Below are positions 54,152 to 63,942 of a stretch of DNA of 64,000 nt, piece by piece; position 1 is the stretch's first letter, and every line of letters starts with the position of its first letter. This DNA comes from an uncultured Desulfobacterales bacterium (GTDB lineage Bacteria > Desulfobacterota > DSM-4660 > Desulfatiglandales > HGW-15). The DNA is taken from NCBI GenBank assembly GCA_964450535.1, contig CAYVDE010000004.1:9083-73082 (forward strand). Reading direction: 5' to 3'. The notes beneath the pieces are model-generated. The model was not told where the DNA came from, ran no database searches, and saw only the letters and a list, made by a program, of their open reading frames with translations. The translations under genes and the position numbers were made by a program.

Positions 54152-54293
54152 GACGCCGCTATTGGCTTTACTCCTTCCGGGGGGGCATTCAAGGACGCAA
54201 TTCCGTTGCGTGACCTTTATTCTACACGGAGGCGGTATATTTGAGCCCATCAGTTTCTGGCAACTGAAGTTGAAGCGTTTTTTTGTTTATCTT

Positions 54294-55217
54294 TTATCGA
54301 CGCTTCTCAGATCGGTTGATGGTACTGTGATTAATCTGCAAATTAGTTTTTTCCGTAAGATAATCAGCAATTATTTTTGCTCTATCATTAGATAGTTCTT
54401 CAGTGTTGTCGCTATTCCAAATATATCCATCATTAAATAATATCTTGATTGACATATCTGTTTTAAATTGATTTTTAATATCTGTTACAAAATCAATAGA
54501 CTTAATATCGGAGTATTGATAAGTTCTTTTGTTTAAACTCATCAATGAACTGGATTGAATATTTTCATAAGATAGTATCATGTAGTTATTAATTGTCAAG
54601 ATAGTAGCAATAAAACATAAAATAAATAACACAAAAAGCATTGATCTGAGCAATCTAATTACATTTATGCCTAATTTCAGGCTTCCATAACATGCGAATT
54701 CCGCAAATTGAGATTTGAGAAATATTCTATACAGGATTAATGTGCCGGCGCCGCCCACAAAAATCGCACCCGGCACCGCAGGTAAAAGGCAAATTTCATG
54801 TCTTGGAAACAGCAGGTGTTCACCGACAAAAAAACCAGCTCTCCACGAGCACAATGCACGGCAAAGTTCCCAGGTTACATAACCCCCTGCAAAACCCAAG
54901 AATATTACAAATAGTCCTCCAAGCAAATCCCACTTGCGATATTTAGACTCTAATTCACTGGAGATGGGCATTAATTCTTTACATTTTTGGGGAACAGGCC
55001 AATGACGTCGCAAAAAGCGGAAAAAAAATACAAAACAAACGGGAGCAATAATAACAAATAAAAGTAGGGCTAATAATTTAGACAAGCCTATTTGCATTAA
55101 TAGACCCAGCATTTTAAATGTATTGTCATCAATTGTAGTCGCAATTTTGATGGAGTTGTAATAAGCCGAGACCTCGAGATTTGCCTCTAACGATTCCAGT
55201 GACTTAAGCGTAGCCAA
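54294..55217 (-). CDS. Hypothetical membrane protein in an AT-rich island
   Basis: This 307-aa ORF has about four hydrophobic helices and an Asn/Ile/Lys-rich soluble C-terminus. Its composition is strikingly AT-rich relative to the flanks. The start codon is uncertain (TTG at 55217, or ATG at 55112). I recognise no domain. Confidence 0.5.
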   Translation of the reverse strand: MATLKSLESLEANLEVSAYYNSIKIATTIDDNTFKMLGLLMQIGLSKLLALLLFVIIAPVCFVFFFRFLRRHWPVPQKCKELMPISSELESKYRKWDLLGGLFVIFLGFAGGYVTWELCRALCSWRAGFFVGEHLLFPRHEICLLPAVPGAIFVGGAGTLILYRIFLKSQFAEFACYGSLKLGINVIRLLRSMLFVLFILCFIATILTINNYMILSYENIQSSSLMSLNKRTYQYSDIKSIDFVTDIKNQFKTDMSIKILFNDGYIWNSDNTEELSNDRAKIIADYLTEKTNLQINHSTINRSEKRR

Positions 55218-55537
55218 CAGGCGGCCGAGCGGGTTTTTGCGAGACCGTCAATTTTTGAAGTCGCCGTATTCATCACCTCTAAGTATGACAACAATATATC
55301 ATACCAAGGCCCGTTTCCAGTTTAATATGTCCGGCGGTTAATCCACCGCCTCTAAGGCTACCGATGGTCCCGACTCTAGCCCGGGAGTGGTGGGACGATA
55401 CTAATCAATGATTTGTTGAATGTCATGTGATAGGTCTTGGTCTCAAGCAATCAGAGCAGGGGCACCTTTAAATTGTGGATTATAGGTGCTCACCTCAAAT
55501 CGATCAGGCCATCGCACCGACCAGGCACAGGAGGAGT

Positions 55538-57229
55538 ATGAAAAACCCGTCGAAAGAAAACGCCTTCACGTTAGCGATCATCGGGGGCGGCCTGACCGGT
55601 ACATCCATGCTCTGCCAGTTTGTCGGGCGTATGCAGGCATTGCTGGCCCAAGGAAATGCGGCCCCTGCACCCATCGACATGCACGTGATTGAAAAACAGG
55701 ATTTTTTCGGGCCTGGATTTCCGCACAGCGATCAGAATTCCATGCCGTTCCATCTCATCAACATGTGCGCCCGGGACATGAGCATCCTTTCAGCTGAGCC
55801 GGACGACTTTCAGGATTGGGTGAACCATCATATCCATGAGATGGAGGAGCAATTTCCAGGAGTGGCAGGCAACGAGGGAAGTCCTGACCCGAAGTGCCAT
55901 CATTTTCCCCGCCCTGTCATGGGCGAATACCTGAAAGCCCGTTTTCACGGAGCGGTCCTTGAAGCGAAAAGGATCGGCATCAGAGTTCATCTTCACCCGG
56001 GTTGTGAGGCAATCGATATGTCGGAAGGCGAAGATGACCAGGTCCGGGTTTCCATTATGGATCGGCAATCGCGGACTGAAGTTGTCCTCCATGCGGATCG
56101 TGTCCTTCTGGCCACCGGACACTGGTTTGGCGAGGAAAGGAGGGATGGATACTTCCCTTCGCCCTGGCCGCCCAGGTCCCTTCAGGAGAATATACCAGAA
56201 GGGGTGGAGGTGGGAATTATCGGTACCAGCCTGAGTGCCGTAGACGCCGTCCTTACCCTGACTGCCAATGGGTGCTTTTTGCGCTCACCTTCCGGTGAAC
56301 TCCTGTATGAGCCCCCCAGCAAACCCAGACGACTGGCCCTTTATTCGAGGAGGGCCCTCCTGCCCACGGTGCGCGGCCGCATCGGGCCCTACAAAAACCA
56401 ATTCACGTTCCCCGGAAAAATTCAAGCCCTGGTCGACGAAAAGGGACATCTGTCACTGGAAGACCTGTTTGACTTGCTGGATAGGGACCTGAAAAAGGCC
56501 TATGGTCATCCCTTTCCGTGGAAGGAAGTGACAAGCCCTGAGGGGACGGCGAAGTCGCTTCTTGAAAAACATATCAGTTATGCCAGATATGGAGACGGCC
56601 CCCATGGCGAAATCGTCTGGCAAACTGTCCTGCAACAGATTTTCCCTATGGCGCGCAATATGTACCTGTCGCTATCCCCAGACGAAAGGATTCGGCTGGA
56701 CAAGGACTTCAATACCCTCTTTTTCATCTATGCCGCCCCTATGCCCATGATCAACGCGGAAAAGCTTCTTGCACTCATGAATGCCGGTATGGTTGTGGTC
56801 AGAAAACTGACGGGGGAGTCTGCTTTTCGAGCAACAGAGGCCCCCTTCACTTTTACCTTCCAAGGCCCCGGCGGCAAAGAGATGGAAGCGACCCACCCCT
56901 ATGTAGTGGACGCCAGAGGACAAAGCCCTTTTTACAATAAAAACAAGCATATGCTGGCAGTCAATCTCCTTCGCTCAGGAACCGTGGAGGTTGAACCGCT
57001 TCCTATGAAATCCTCGATGGTTGGTGAGAGGATGGGAGGACTCTGGATTGAGCCGCATACCCATCGAATTCGCCGTACCCGATCCGATGGAAACGTCGCC
57101 GTCTCGGAAAGGATCACCGCAGTGGGGGCCATGACCAGAGGTCAGATCATCGATGCAAGCATGGCCCACGGCAGCGCCGTGTCTACGGAAACCATCGCCC
57201 GAGATTGGGCAGACTACGTGTTCTCTTAA
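55538..57229 (+). CDS. FAD/NAD(P)-binding domain protein
   Basis: The N-terminal dinucleotide loop FTLAIIGGGLTGTS is present. I chose the ATG at 55538, preceded by GGAGGAG. The rest of the protein is unassigned. Confidence 0.7.
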   Translation: MKNPSKENAFTLAIIGGGLTGTSMLCQFVGRMQALLAQGNAAPAPIDMHVIEKQDFFGPGFPHSDQNSMPFHLINMCARDMSILSAEPDDFQDWVNHHIHEMEEQFPGVAGNEGSPDPKCHHFPRPVMGEYLKARFHGAVLEAKRIGIRVHLHPGCEAIDMSEGEDDQVRVSIMDRQSRTEVVLHADRVLLATGHWFGEERRDGYFPSPWPPRSLQENIPEGVEVGIIGTSLSAVDAVLTLTANGCFLRSPSGELLYEPPSKPRRLALYSRRALLPTVRGRIGPYKNQFTFPGKIQALVDEKGHLSLEDLFDLLDRDLKKAYGHPFPWKEVTSPEGTAKSLLEKHISYARYGDGPHGEIVWQTVLQQIFPMARNMYLSLSPDERIRLDKDFNTLFFIYAAPMPMINAEKLLALMNAGMVVVRKLTGESAFRATEAPFTFTFQGPGGKEMEATHPYVVDARGQSPFYNKNKHMLAVNLLRSGTVEVEPLPMKSSMVGERMGGLWIEPHTHRIRRTRSDGNVAVSERITAVGAMTRGQIIDASMAHGSAVSTETIARDWADYVFS

Positions 57230-57324
57230 GGGTTTAATGTTTCCCGGGAAAAGGGCGGGTTCTCCAATGCCGTCCGGCGCGTTGCTAGGGAGAGATACCC
57301 GGCCTTTCAATACCCCTTCGCAGT

Positions 57325-57648
57325 TCAGGAGGAGTTCCAGAGGAGCTGAACGAGCTCAACCAGCAGCTTTTCCTGCTCTTCCCGGGGTGCTCCGGCCATG
57401 GCCTTCTCCAGCGCCAGATTGACTGTGTTCCGGTACCGTACCTCCCTTTTTCGCAGCTCACTGCTCAGGACGGGGCCTTCCCCGAGTTCGTCGGCAAGCT
57501 GTACGAAAAAGCGGTTCAGCACGAATGCGGAAAGCAGCCTATCAGGGCGGCTTTCCTCCCTGCAGTGGGCTGCCATCGCCACCAGGTTTTCATAGTAAAA
57601 CCCGTTGATGGTCAGGTCCCGGGCCTTCTTCAGCGCGTTCTCACTCAT
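57325..57648 (-). CDS. Hypothetical protein (107 aa)
   Basis: The ORF has a plausible RBS (ACGGAG). I recognise no domain. Confidence 0.45.
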   Translation of the reverse strand: MSENALKKARDLTINGFYYENLVAMAAHCREESRPDRLLSAFVLNRFFVQLADELGEGPVLSSELRKREVRYRNTVNLALEKAMAGAPREEQEKLLVELVQLLWNSS

Positions 57649-57758
57649 GATCGACTCCGTTTTACCACCCTCATTTTTTTATGTGGGTCTGCCGAACGGT
57701 CTAGATGACCGGGGCTGCAGGATAAGTTGGATTTTAAGAGAAAGCCGTTGTTTGCGCA

Positions 57759-58907
57759 TCAATGGCCGATTTCGGTATCCGTCATCTGAAGCAACCTGTG
57801 AACAGCAGCCGTCCTGTTGGAGACACCCAGTTTCCGGTAGATGGATTTGAGGTGGTTTTCCACCGTGTACTCGCTGATAAAGAGCTTCTCGGCAATGTCC
57901 GCATTCCTGGCCCCCCTGGCAAGAATCTCAACGACCTCCACCTCCCGCCGGGTGAGGCCCCTATCCCTCAAGAAACGCATCGTGAAGCTGATCTGTTCCT
58001 CGCCACCCAGGAACAGCAGAAACAGAGGTCCGCTTTTCTGGTTGTCTGCGAGGCGAATCCGGACAAGGATCTTCCTGCCGGAGCAGTCTGATCCAAGATC
58101 GACCCGGCGTGCCCGCTCCAGGGGTTCTAAGGGGTTGTTTCCCCGGGCCGCGAGCGCCTCTTTGCAGGCCCCTGAAACGGCCTTTTGAAAGCCCCCGAAA
58201 CCGGGGTCGATATTCGGGGTTGTCAGGCCGGACAGGAGGCGCATTGCCCGCTCATTCGTGTAAACAGGATTCAGGAATCGGTCGAGAATCACGAGCCCGT
58301 CGCGCGGCTGTTCCCGGATGATCGCCGGCAAAGCCGACTCGAGGGCATGGCTTATTTCCGAAGCCAGGGCCATTTTCAAGGCGCCCGAAAGATAGGGCGC
58401 AACGGCGAGGGCCCTGCACTTGTTGCGCACCGAGAAGCCGCCCGCCCGACGGCTTCGAAAAAGGGCCACGACCCCCAGCAGCTGCCTGCCTGATTTCAGG
58501 TGGATCGTCATCTGGTGGTGTATGGATTGAGGCTTAAGAAAGTCGTTGTAGTATTCCGTGCGTGTCAAATCCCTGAAGGAAACGATGTCTTCCGTGGTCA
58601 GGACGTCGAAAGCCCCCTCCGGTATCTGTTCCGCAAAGTTCAGGTAAAAGGGATCCAGCTTCCAGTAGTAACTGCGATAATTACGAAGGGCCCGGTCCTC
58701 TATGCCCCTTTTTACGATCCTCATGAAACTCACGGGCCTGTCCGGGGCCTCGGCCATGAAGAAGTTTCCCTTCTCCGCACCCAAATGCGTCTCGAAAAAG
58801 GCCAGGGTTTCATGCCGCATCTCATCCACGTCATTGAGTGTGAAGAGGCCCCCGCAGAATGCGTGAATGATCCGGTGATCTCCGGCTGTCAGGTTCGAAG
58901 AGATCAT
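57759..58907 (-). CDS. LuxR-family transcriptional regulator
   Basis: The C-terminal HTH reads LTRREVEVVEILARGARNADIAEKLFISEYTVENHLKSIYRKLGV. The N-terminal sensor-like domain is unassigned. I prefer the ATG at 58907 (MISSNL, with an AAAGGA RBS) over 58964. Confidence 0.8.
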   Translation of the reverse strand: MISSNLTAGDHRIIHAFCGGLFTLNDVDEMRHETLAFFETHLGAEKGNFFMAEAPDRPVSFMRIVKRGIEDRALRNYRSYYWKLDPFYLNFAEQIPEGAFDVLTTEDIVSFRDLTRTEYYNDFLKPQSIHHQMTIHLKSGRQLLGVVALFRSRRAGGFSVRNKCRALAVAPYLSGALKMALASEISHALESALPAIIREQPRDGLVILDRFLNPVYTNERAMRLLSGLTTPNIDPGFGGFQKAVSGACKEALAARGNNPLEPLERARRVDLGSDCSGRKILVRIRLADNQKSGPLFLLFLGGEEQISFTMRFLRDRGLTRREVEVVEILARGARNADIAEKLFISEYTVENHLKSIYRKLGVSNRTAAVHRLLQMTDTEIGH

Positions 58908-59095
58908 GACGCAGTTCCTTTCCCCATCGGTCAGTACCCTTACAAGTGAACACAACCATAACACAGTTTTCAGGGTTTTAAAAAAAATGACGGATTCCAG
59001 TCATTGTCTATCTGCGGGAAATCTGGTTTACCTGCTTTTGAGAAACTGACAGAGACGGTTTTTGAACAAAACACAAGACGAAAAGGAGGGGGGAG

Positions 59096-60070
59096 ATGAG
59101 TGGCCGGAACGACATCCTCAAGGAGTTGTATCGCCGCATGATCCTCGTGCGGTTCATGGAGGAAACCCATGACAGTCTTCTCAAGGAGGGGAAAATCCAA
59201 CTGATGGGCCATTTCGGAACCGGCCAGGAGGCGGTGGCCATCGGGGTGACCGGCCCCCTCAGACAAGAGGACATATTGTTCGGGACCCACAGGGGGGTGG
59301 GCGAATTCATCGGAAAAGGAATGACCCCCAGGGACATCTGGCTGGAGTACATGGGCAAGAAGGACAGCCCGTGCCATGGAAAAGGCGCACTGCACCTGTG
59401 TGACAAGGGGCGGAACATCCCGGGCCTCGTCGCCACCCTGGGTTCGGATTTTTCCATAGCCGTGGGAACGGCCCTGGCCTCCAAGATGAAGAAGACCGAC
59501 CAGGTGACCCTGTACTTCGTGGGCGAGGGCACCTGCAACCAGGCGGACGCCCACCCGTCCATGTGCATGGCTGCCCTTTGGAAGCTTCCCATTGTCTTCG
59601 CGGTTTGCACCAACCAGTTCTGCGAGCTTTCCTACATGTGCGATCACTACCCCACAAAGGATGTCGCGCCGCGGGCCGCAGCCTATGATATCCCGTTCAA
59701 CATCGTGGACGGACAGGATATTGAAAAGGCCTATGAGGCCACCCGAACAGCGGTGGAGCACGCGCGCAGCGGCAACGGCCCCTACCTGGTGGAGTACAAG
59801 ACCTATCGCATGGCCACGCACTTTTCCGGGGACCCGGGCACATACGTCAACAGGGATGAACTCGAAGAGTGGGCTCAAAGGGACCCCATCGCCCTGTGCA
59901 GGGAAAAGCTCATGGAGCGTGGTCTTTTGTCCGAGCAGGAGGACCGGGAGCTGCGGAACGGGATCCAGGCGGAGGTGGACGACGCTGTGGCGGCCGCCCT
60001 GGCCGCCCCCGACCCCACAATCGAAGATCTGTTCAAGGACGTTTACTCAGGAGAGGGGGTGATCCAATGA
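59096..60070 (+). CDS. acoA: TPP-dependent dehydrogenase E1 alpha subunit (acetoin dehydrogenase-like)
   Basis: The TPP motif VGEGTCNQ is present. YRMATHFSGDPGTY resembles the AcoA-type GHFxGD block rather than the GHSxSD block of PDH. GGGGGAG precedes the ATG. Confidence 0.8.
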   Translation: MSGRNDILKELYRRMILVRFMEETHDSLLKEGKIQLMGHFGTGQEAVAIGVTGPLRQEDILFGTHRGVGEFIGKGMTPRDIWLEYMGKKDSPCHGKGALHLCDKGRNIPGLVATLGSDFSIAVGTALASKMKKTDQVTLYFVGEGTCNQADAHPSMCMAALWKLPIVFAVCTNQFCELSYMCDHYPTKDVAPRAAAYDIPFNIVDGQDIEKAYEATRTAVEHARSGNGPYLVEYKTYRMATHFSGDPGTYVNRDELEEWAQRDPIALCREKLMERGLLSEQEDRELRNGIQAEVDDAVAAALAAPDPTIEDLFKDVYSGEGVIQ

Positions 60071-61041
60071 GCAGGACCATAACGTTTTCTCAGGCCCTCA
60101 ACGAGGCCATGGCCGAAGAGATGAGGCGGGACCCCGGTATCTTTATAATGGGGGAAGACGTACGGGTCAGTCCCTTCGGGCAGACCGCCGGGCTGGTGGA
60201 CGAGTTCGGAGAAGAGCGTGTGCTCAACACGCCCATCGCCGAAAACGCCATCACAGGTGCGGCCATGGGAGCCGCCATGAGCGGCATGCGGCCCGTCCTG
60301 GAACTCATGTTCATGGACTTCACCATGCTGGCCATGGATCAGCTCTGCAACAACCTGGGACAGTGGAGATACATCACCGGCGGGCAGTACAACATCCCCA
60401 TCACCATCCGGACCGCCTGCGGCGCCGGAATGAGAATGGGCTATGGCCACTCCCAGTGCCTCCAGTCCCAGTTGATCCAGGCCCCGGGGCTGATAATCGT
60501 GGAGCCTTCCACCCCGTACGACGCCAAGGGACTTCTCAAGGCCGCCATCCGTTCCGACGATCCGGTCATCGTAGTGGAGTCCAAAAAGCTCATCTTCGGC
60601 GGCGTGGAGGGTGAGGTGCCGGAAGAGGACTATACCCTGCCCTTTGGAGAGGCGGCCGTCCGAAAAGAGGGAAAGGACGCAACCGTAGTGGCGGTGGGGT
60701 TCATGACCTACGAGGTACTGGGCGCGGCAGCGGAGCTTGCCGGGGAGGGAGTCGACATCGAGGTGATCGATCTCCGGTCTATCGTGCCCATGGACAAGGA
60801 CACCATCTTCAAGTCGGTGGAAAAGACAGGACGCCTCATCACCGTGGAGGAAGGCCGCATCCGCGGGGGGATCGGGGCCGAGATCGCGGCCCTGGCAGCA
60901 GGGGAGTACTTCTCCCTCCTGAAGGCCCCCATACAGCGAGTGGCCGCGCCCATGGTGCCCATACCGGGGAGTCCGGCCCTGGAGGACCTCTACCTGCCGA
61001 ACAAGGACACCATTGTCAGGGCCGTCAAGCGGACCCTCTGA
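60067..61041 (+). CDS. acoB: Dehydrogenase E1 beta subunit (transketolase-like)
   Basis: The sequence MSRTITFSQALNEAMAEEMRRDPGIFIMGEDV is present. The ATG at 60067 overlaps the acoA stop (ATGA). Confidence 0.85.
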   Translation: MSRTITFSQALNEAMAEEMRRDPGIFIMGEDVRVSPFGQTAGLVDEFGEERVLNTPIAENAITGAAMGAAMSGMRPVLELMFMDFTMLAMDQLCNNLGQWRYITGGQYNIPITIRTACGAGMRMGYGHSQCLQSQLIQAPGLIIVEPSTPYDAKGLLKAAIRSDDPVIVVESKKLIFGGVEGEVPEEDYTLPFGEAAVRKEGKDATVVAVGFMTYEVLGAAAELAGEGVDIEVIDLRSIVPMDKDTIFKSVEKTGRLITVEEGRIRGGIGAEIAALAAGEYFSLLKAPIQRVAAPMVPIPGSPALEDLYLPNKDTIVRAVKRTL

Positions 61042-61157
61042 CCGAAACACCCCGCCCTGCGGGCCCCGCCGGCCGGGGCTTGCAGGGCGGGCCCATGCGC
61101 GCCGGTACCGGCTCGGGAGAATCGTTCCCTCCGGGACCAGGGAGGTCGTCGAACGAC

Positions 61158-62294
61158 ATGGCATCGGAGATTCGTGTGCCCAAGCTGGGCATGGTTCAGA
61201 CCGACATCACCGTGATCGAGCTTTCCAGGAACGACGGAGACGCAGTCGAAGAGGACGAAAAAGTTGCGGTCATAGAGACGACCAAGGTGTCCTACGACAT
61301 CTACGCCCCGGCCGCTGGAATGGTCTTTTACCTGAAGAGGGTCAAGGACAAGGTGTCTTCGGGGGACCTCATGGGCGTTGTGGTCGAAAGCCGCGAGGCA
61401 TTCGAGCTGTTCATGACCGGGCGCCCGCCCCAGGAAAAGGGGCATCCGGGCGTGGTCACGCCCGTGGAGCAGGAGGGGGACCAAGAGGAGTGGGGGGTCC
61501 GCCTTTCTTTTGAAGAGGAAGTCCCCCCGGACCCGGCGGCACTCGGAAGTACGGCCACAGCTCCTTCGCCCGCACTGCCCCGGGTGAATCTCGAGGGAAG
61601 AAAGATCCTGAAGCGCATCCCCTTCCTGGGCATGCGACGGGCCATTGCAGACAACCTGGTCGCCAGTCTTCAGACCGGCGCCCAGCTGACCATTGTATCC
61701 AAGACGGACATGACCGGGCTCGAGGCTTTCAGAAAAGAACTCCTCCTGGACTACCCGGACACCAAGATCACCTACGTAGACATGCTGGTCAAGATCCTGG
61801 CCGTTGCCTTGAAGGACTACCCCATTGTCAACGCGACCCTGGTGGAAGACGAGATCGTCTGCTGGGACGAGGTCCACATGGGGGTGGCCGTGGCACTGGA
61901 GGAAGGGCTGGTGGTCCCGGTGTTGAGAAATGCGGACAAAAAGGGCCTTGCAGCGGTGAGCCGGGAGATCAAGATGCTGTCTCGAAAGGCCCGTCAGAAC
62001 CAGCTCGGACCCGAGGATTATCAGGGGGGGACCTTCACCCTGACCAGCGGCGGCAAGGTGGAAACAGACATCATCACCCCCATCATCAACCCCCCTCAGA
62101 GCGCCATTCTGGCCGTGGGGAAAATCGCTCCCCAGCCGGCCGTGCATAAGGGCGAACTCTCTATCAGGACTCTGACCCACCTCTGCCTGACGCATGACCA
62201 CCGGATCATCGACGGGGTGCCGGCCTCCCTTTTTCTGGGACGGGTGAAGGAGATCATCGAGTCCCCGGAACTCTTCAGGAAAGTGCTGCGATAG
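61158..62294 (+). CDS. acoC: Dihydrolipoamide acyltransferase E2 (a single lipoyl domain plus the catalytic domain)
   Basis: The lipoyl-lysine context VIETTKVSYDIYAP and the catalytic motif DHRIIDG are present. The ATG at 61158 is preceded by GGAGG. Confidence 0.85.
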   Translation: MASEIRVPKLGMVQTDITVIELSRNDGDAVEEDEKVAVIETTKVSYDIYAPAAGMVFYLKRVKDKVSSGDLMGVVVESREAFELFMTGRPPQEKGHPGVVTPVEQEGDQEEWGVRLSFEEEVPPDPAALGSTATAPSPALPRVNLEGRKILKRIPFLGMRRAIADNLVASLQTGAQLTIVSKTDMTGLEAFRKELLLDYPDTKITYVDMLVKILAVALKDYPIVNATLVEDEIVCWDEVHMGVAVALEEGLVVPVLRNADKKGLAAVSREIKMLSRKARQNQLGPEDYQGGTFTLTSGGKVETDIITPIINPPQSAILAVGKIAPQPAVHKGELSIRTLTHLCLTHDHRIIDGVPASLFLGRVKEIIESPELFRKVLR

Positions 62295-62345
62295 GACCGG
62301 ATCATGGCTCGGGCGCGGACCGCGGCACGAGGAGAAAGATCTCCA

Positions 62346-63737
62346 ATGAAAAATGACACATGTGATCTGCTGGTTGTGGGCGGAGGGCCGGGCGGCTATA
62401 CCGCCGCCATGAGAGGGGCGGTCAAGGGCCTTCGCGTAATCCTCGCAGAAAAAGGCCGCATGGGCGGCACCTGCCTCAACCGGGGCTGCCTGCCCACCAA
62501 GACCCTGCTGGATGACACGCTCACGATCGACCGGTTGAGGAACGCCCGTTTTCTCAAGGGCGACCTCAAGATCAACCGTGAGCGCATCCTCGAGAGAAAG
62601 GCCGCACTGGTGGAGGAATCCGTGGCAGGCGTGACGCAGACCGCCCTGGAAAAGGGGGTGACCATCATAAAGGGGGAGGCCTCTTTTGCGGGCCCCGGGA
62701 GGATGGTCCTGAGTCGCCCCGGAGAGGAGACCCTGGAGATCCAGGCGGAACACATACTTCTCGCCACCGGCTCCAAGCCTGAGTATGGGCCCGGGTTCAC
62801 GATCGACGGCCTGAGGGTCCTGGATACGGATGCGGCCCTTGCCATGGAATCCATCCCCCGATCCATGGCGATCGTGGGTTCAGGCAACAGAGGTGCGGAA
62901 TTCGCAGTCCTCTACTCAAACCTCGGGGTCCGGGTGACCCTGATCGAAAAAGAGAAGCGGATCCTCCCCAGGGAGCATCGTTGGATTTCCGGGCGGTACA
63001 GGCAATCGTTGGGGCTCCGCCGCGTGCAGGTCCTGACTCAGACCGAGGCCGTTGCCGCCGGGCACACCAGGGGCGGGGGCGTTCGCCTGGCTCTCGTGTC
63101 CCAAAACGGCGGTGAAGAACGCCTGGAGACAGACCAGGTTCTGCTGACAGGATCTCGGCGGCCATCCTTTCAAGGGTTGAACCTGGATGCGGCCGGACTG
63201 GCCTTGCGTGACGGGCTCCTCGAACACGGCCCCACCCTGGAGACCGGTCAAAAGGGCATCTATGTGGCAGGCGACGCCGCCGGCGCCCCCTTCCTTGCCC
63301 ATAAGGCCATTGCCCAGGCCATGTTGGCGGTGGACGGGATTCTGGGCGAAGGGGTCTCCGCCGAATCCCTGGTTATTCCCAACTGCATCTACGGCGACCC
63401 GGAGGTCGGCTCCGTGGGCCTCAAGGACTACGAGGCCAAAAAGATCGGACACGCCGTCAGGCTTGGGGAGTTCTATTTCGCCCGCAACGGGCGCGCAGGA
63501 AGCATGGGAAAAAACGAGGGGCTCGTGCTCGTTGTGAGCAGCGAGGACACGGGCAAGGTCCTGGGAATGCACATCATGGGCCCGTCTGCGACCGAACTTA
63601 TCGCCCTGGGCGTCCTGGCAATGCGAAACGGGCTCACCGTCGGGGACCTGAAAAAGACCGTCCTCCCGCACATGACCCTCTCGGAGGCGGTTTTCGAGGC
63701 GGCCGCCGCCACGGACGGAGAGGCCGTCCACCAGTAA
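62346..63737 (+). CDS. acoL: Dihydrolipoyl dehydrogenase E3
   Basis: It has the FAD loop VVGGGPGGYTAA, the redox disulfide GGTCLNRGCLPTK and a C-terminal interface domain. Confidence 0.9.
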   Translation: MKNDTCDLLVVGGGPGGYTAAMRGAVKGLRVILAEKGRMGGTCLNRGCLPTKTLLDDTLTIDRLRNARFLKGDLKINRERILERKAALVEESVAGVTQTALEKGVTIIKGEASFAGPGRMVLSRPGEETLEIQAEHILLATGSKPEYGPGFTIDGLRVLDTDAALAMESIPRSMAIVGSGNRGAEFAVLYSNLGVRVTLIEKEKRILPREHRWISGRYRQSLGLRRVQVLTQTEAVAAGHTRGGGVRLALVSQNGGEERLETDQVLLTGSRRPSFQGLNLDAAGLALRDGLLEHGPTLETGQKGIYVAGDAAGAPFLAHKAIAQAMLAVDGILGEGVSAESLVIPNCIYGDPEVGSVGLKDYEAKKIGHAVRLGEFYFARNGRAGSMGKNEGLVLVVSSEDTGKVLGMHIMGPSATELIALGVLAMRNGLTVGDLKKTVLPHMTLSEAVFEAAAATDGEAVHQ

Positions 63738-63897
63738 GCCGTACAAGAGATCATAACGAGAATATCACGGCCTTTGGCGTTTCCACGATTGCCTTTTCCA
63801 GCCATCCTGCCTGGGTGCCAACCCAGAGAGACGACCAGGGCCGTTGATAGTTTCCATCCAGAAATGGTCCTTTTTGCCAATCTCGGCGTCAATCTGC

Positions 63898-63942
63898 GAG
63901 GTTGCTTGTGCGGCGTACTTCAGTACGCCTCCGCGCAACCTC
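63898..63942. other. Composite stem-loop downstream of the E3 gene, abutting repeat copy B
   Basis: The outer arms are GAGGTTGC (63898-63905) and GCAACCTC (63935-63942). The inner perfect hairpin is GGCGTAC-ttca-GTACGCC (63912-63929). No T-run follows, so a terminator role is uncertain. Confidence 0.4.

Noticed and set aside
55276-55356. A tRNA fragment or att-site remnant at the edge of the AT-rich island (GGCGG-TTAATCCA-CCGCC hairpin, with an 8-bp CCTCTAAG direct repeat).
   Set aside because: The loop is 8 nt and lacks the TTCGAAT-type consensus. No acceptor stem or anticodon arm can be built, and an 8-bp repeat can occur by chance. It is mentioned only as context for the island.
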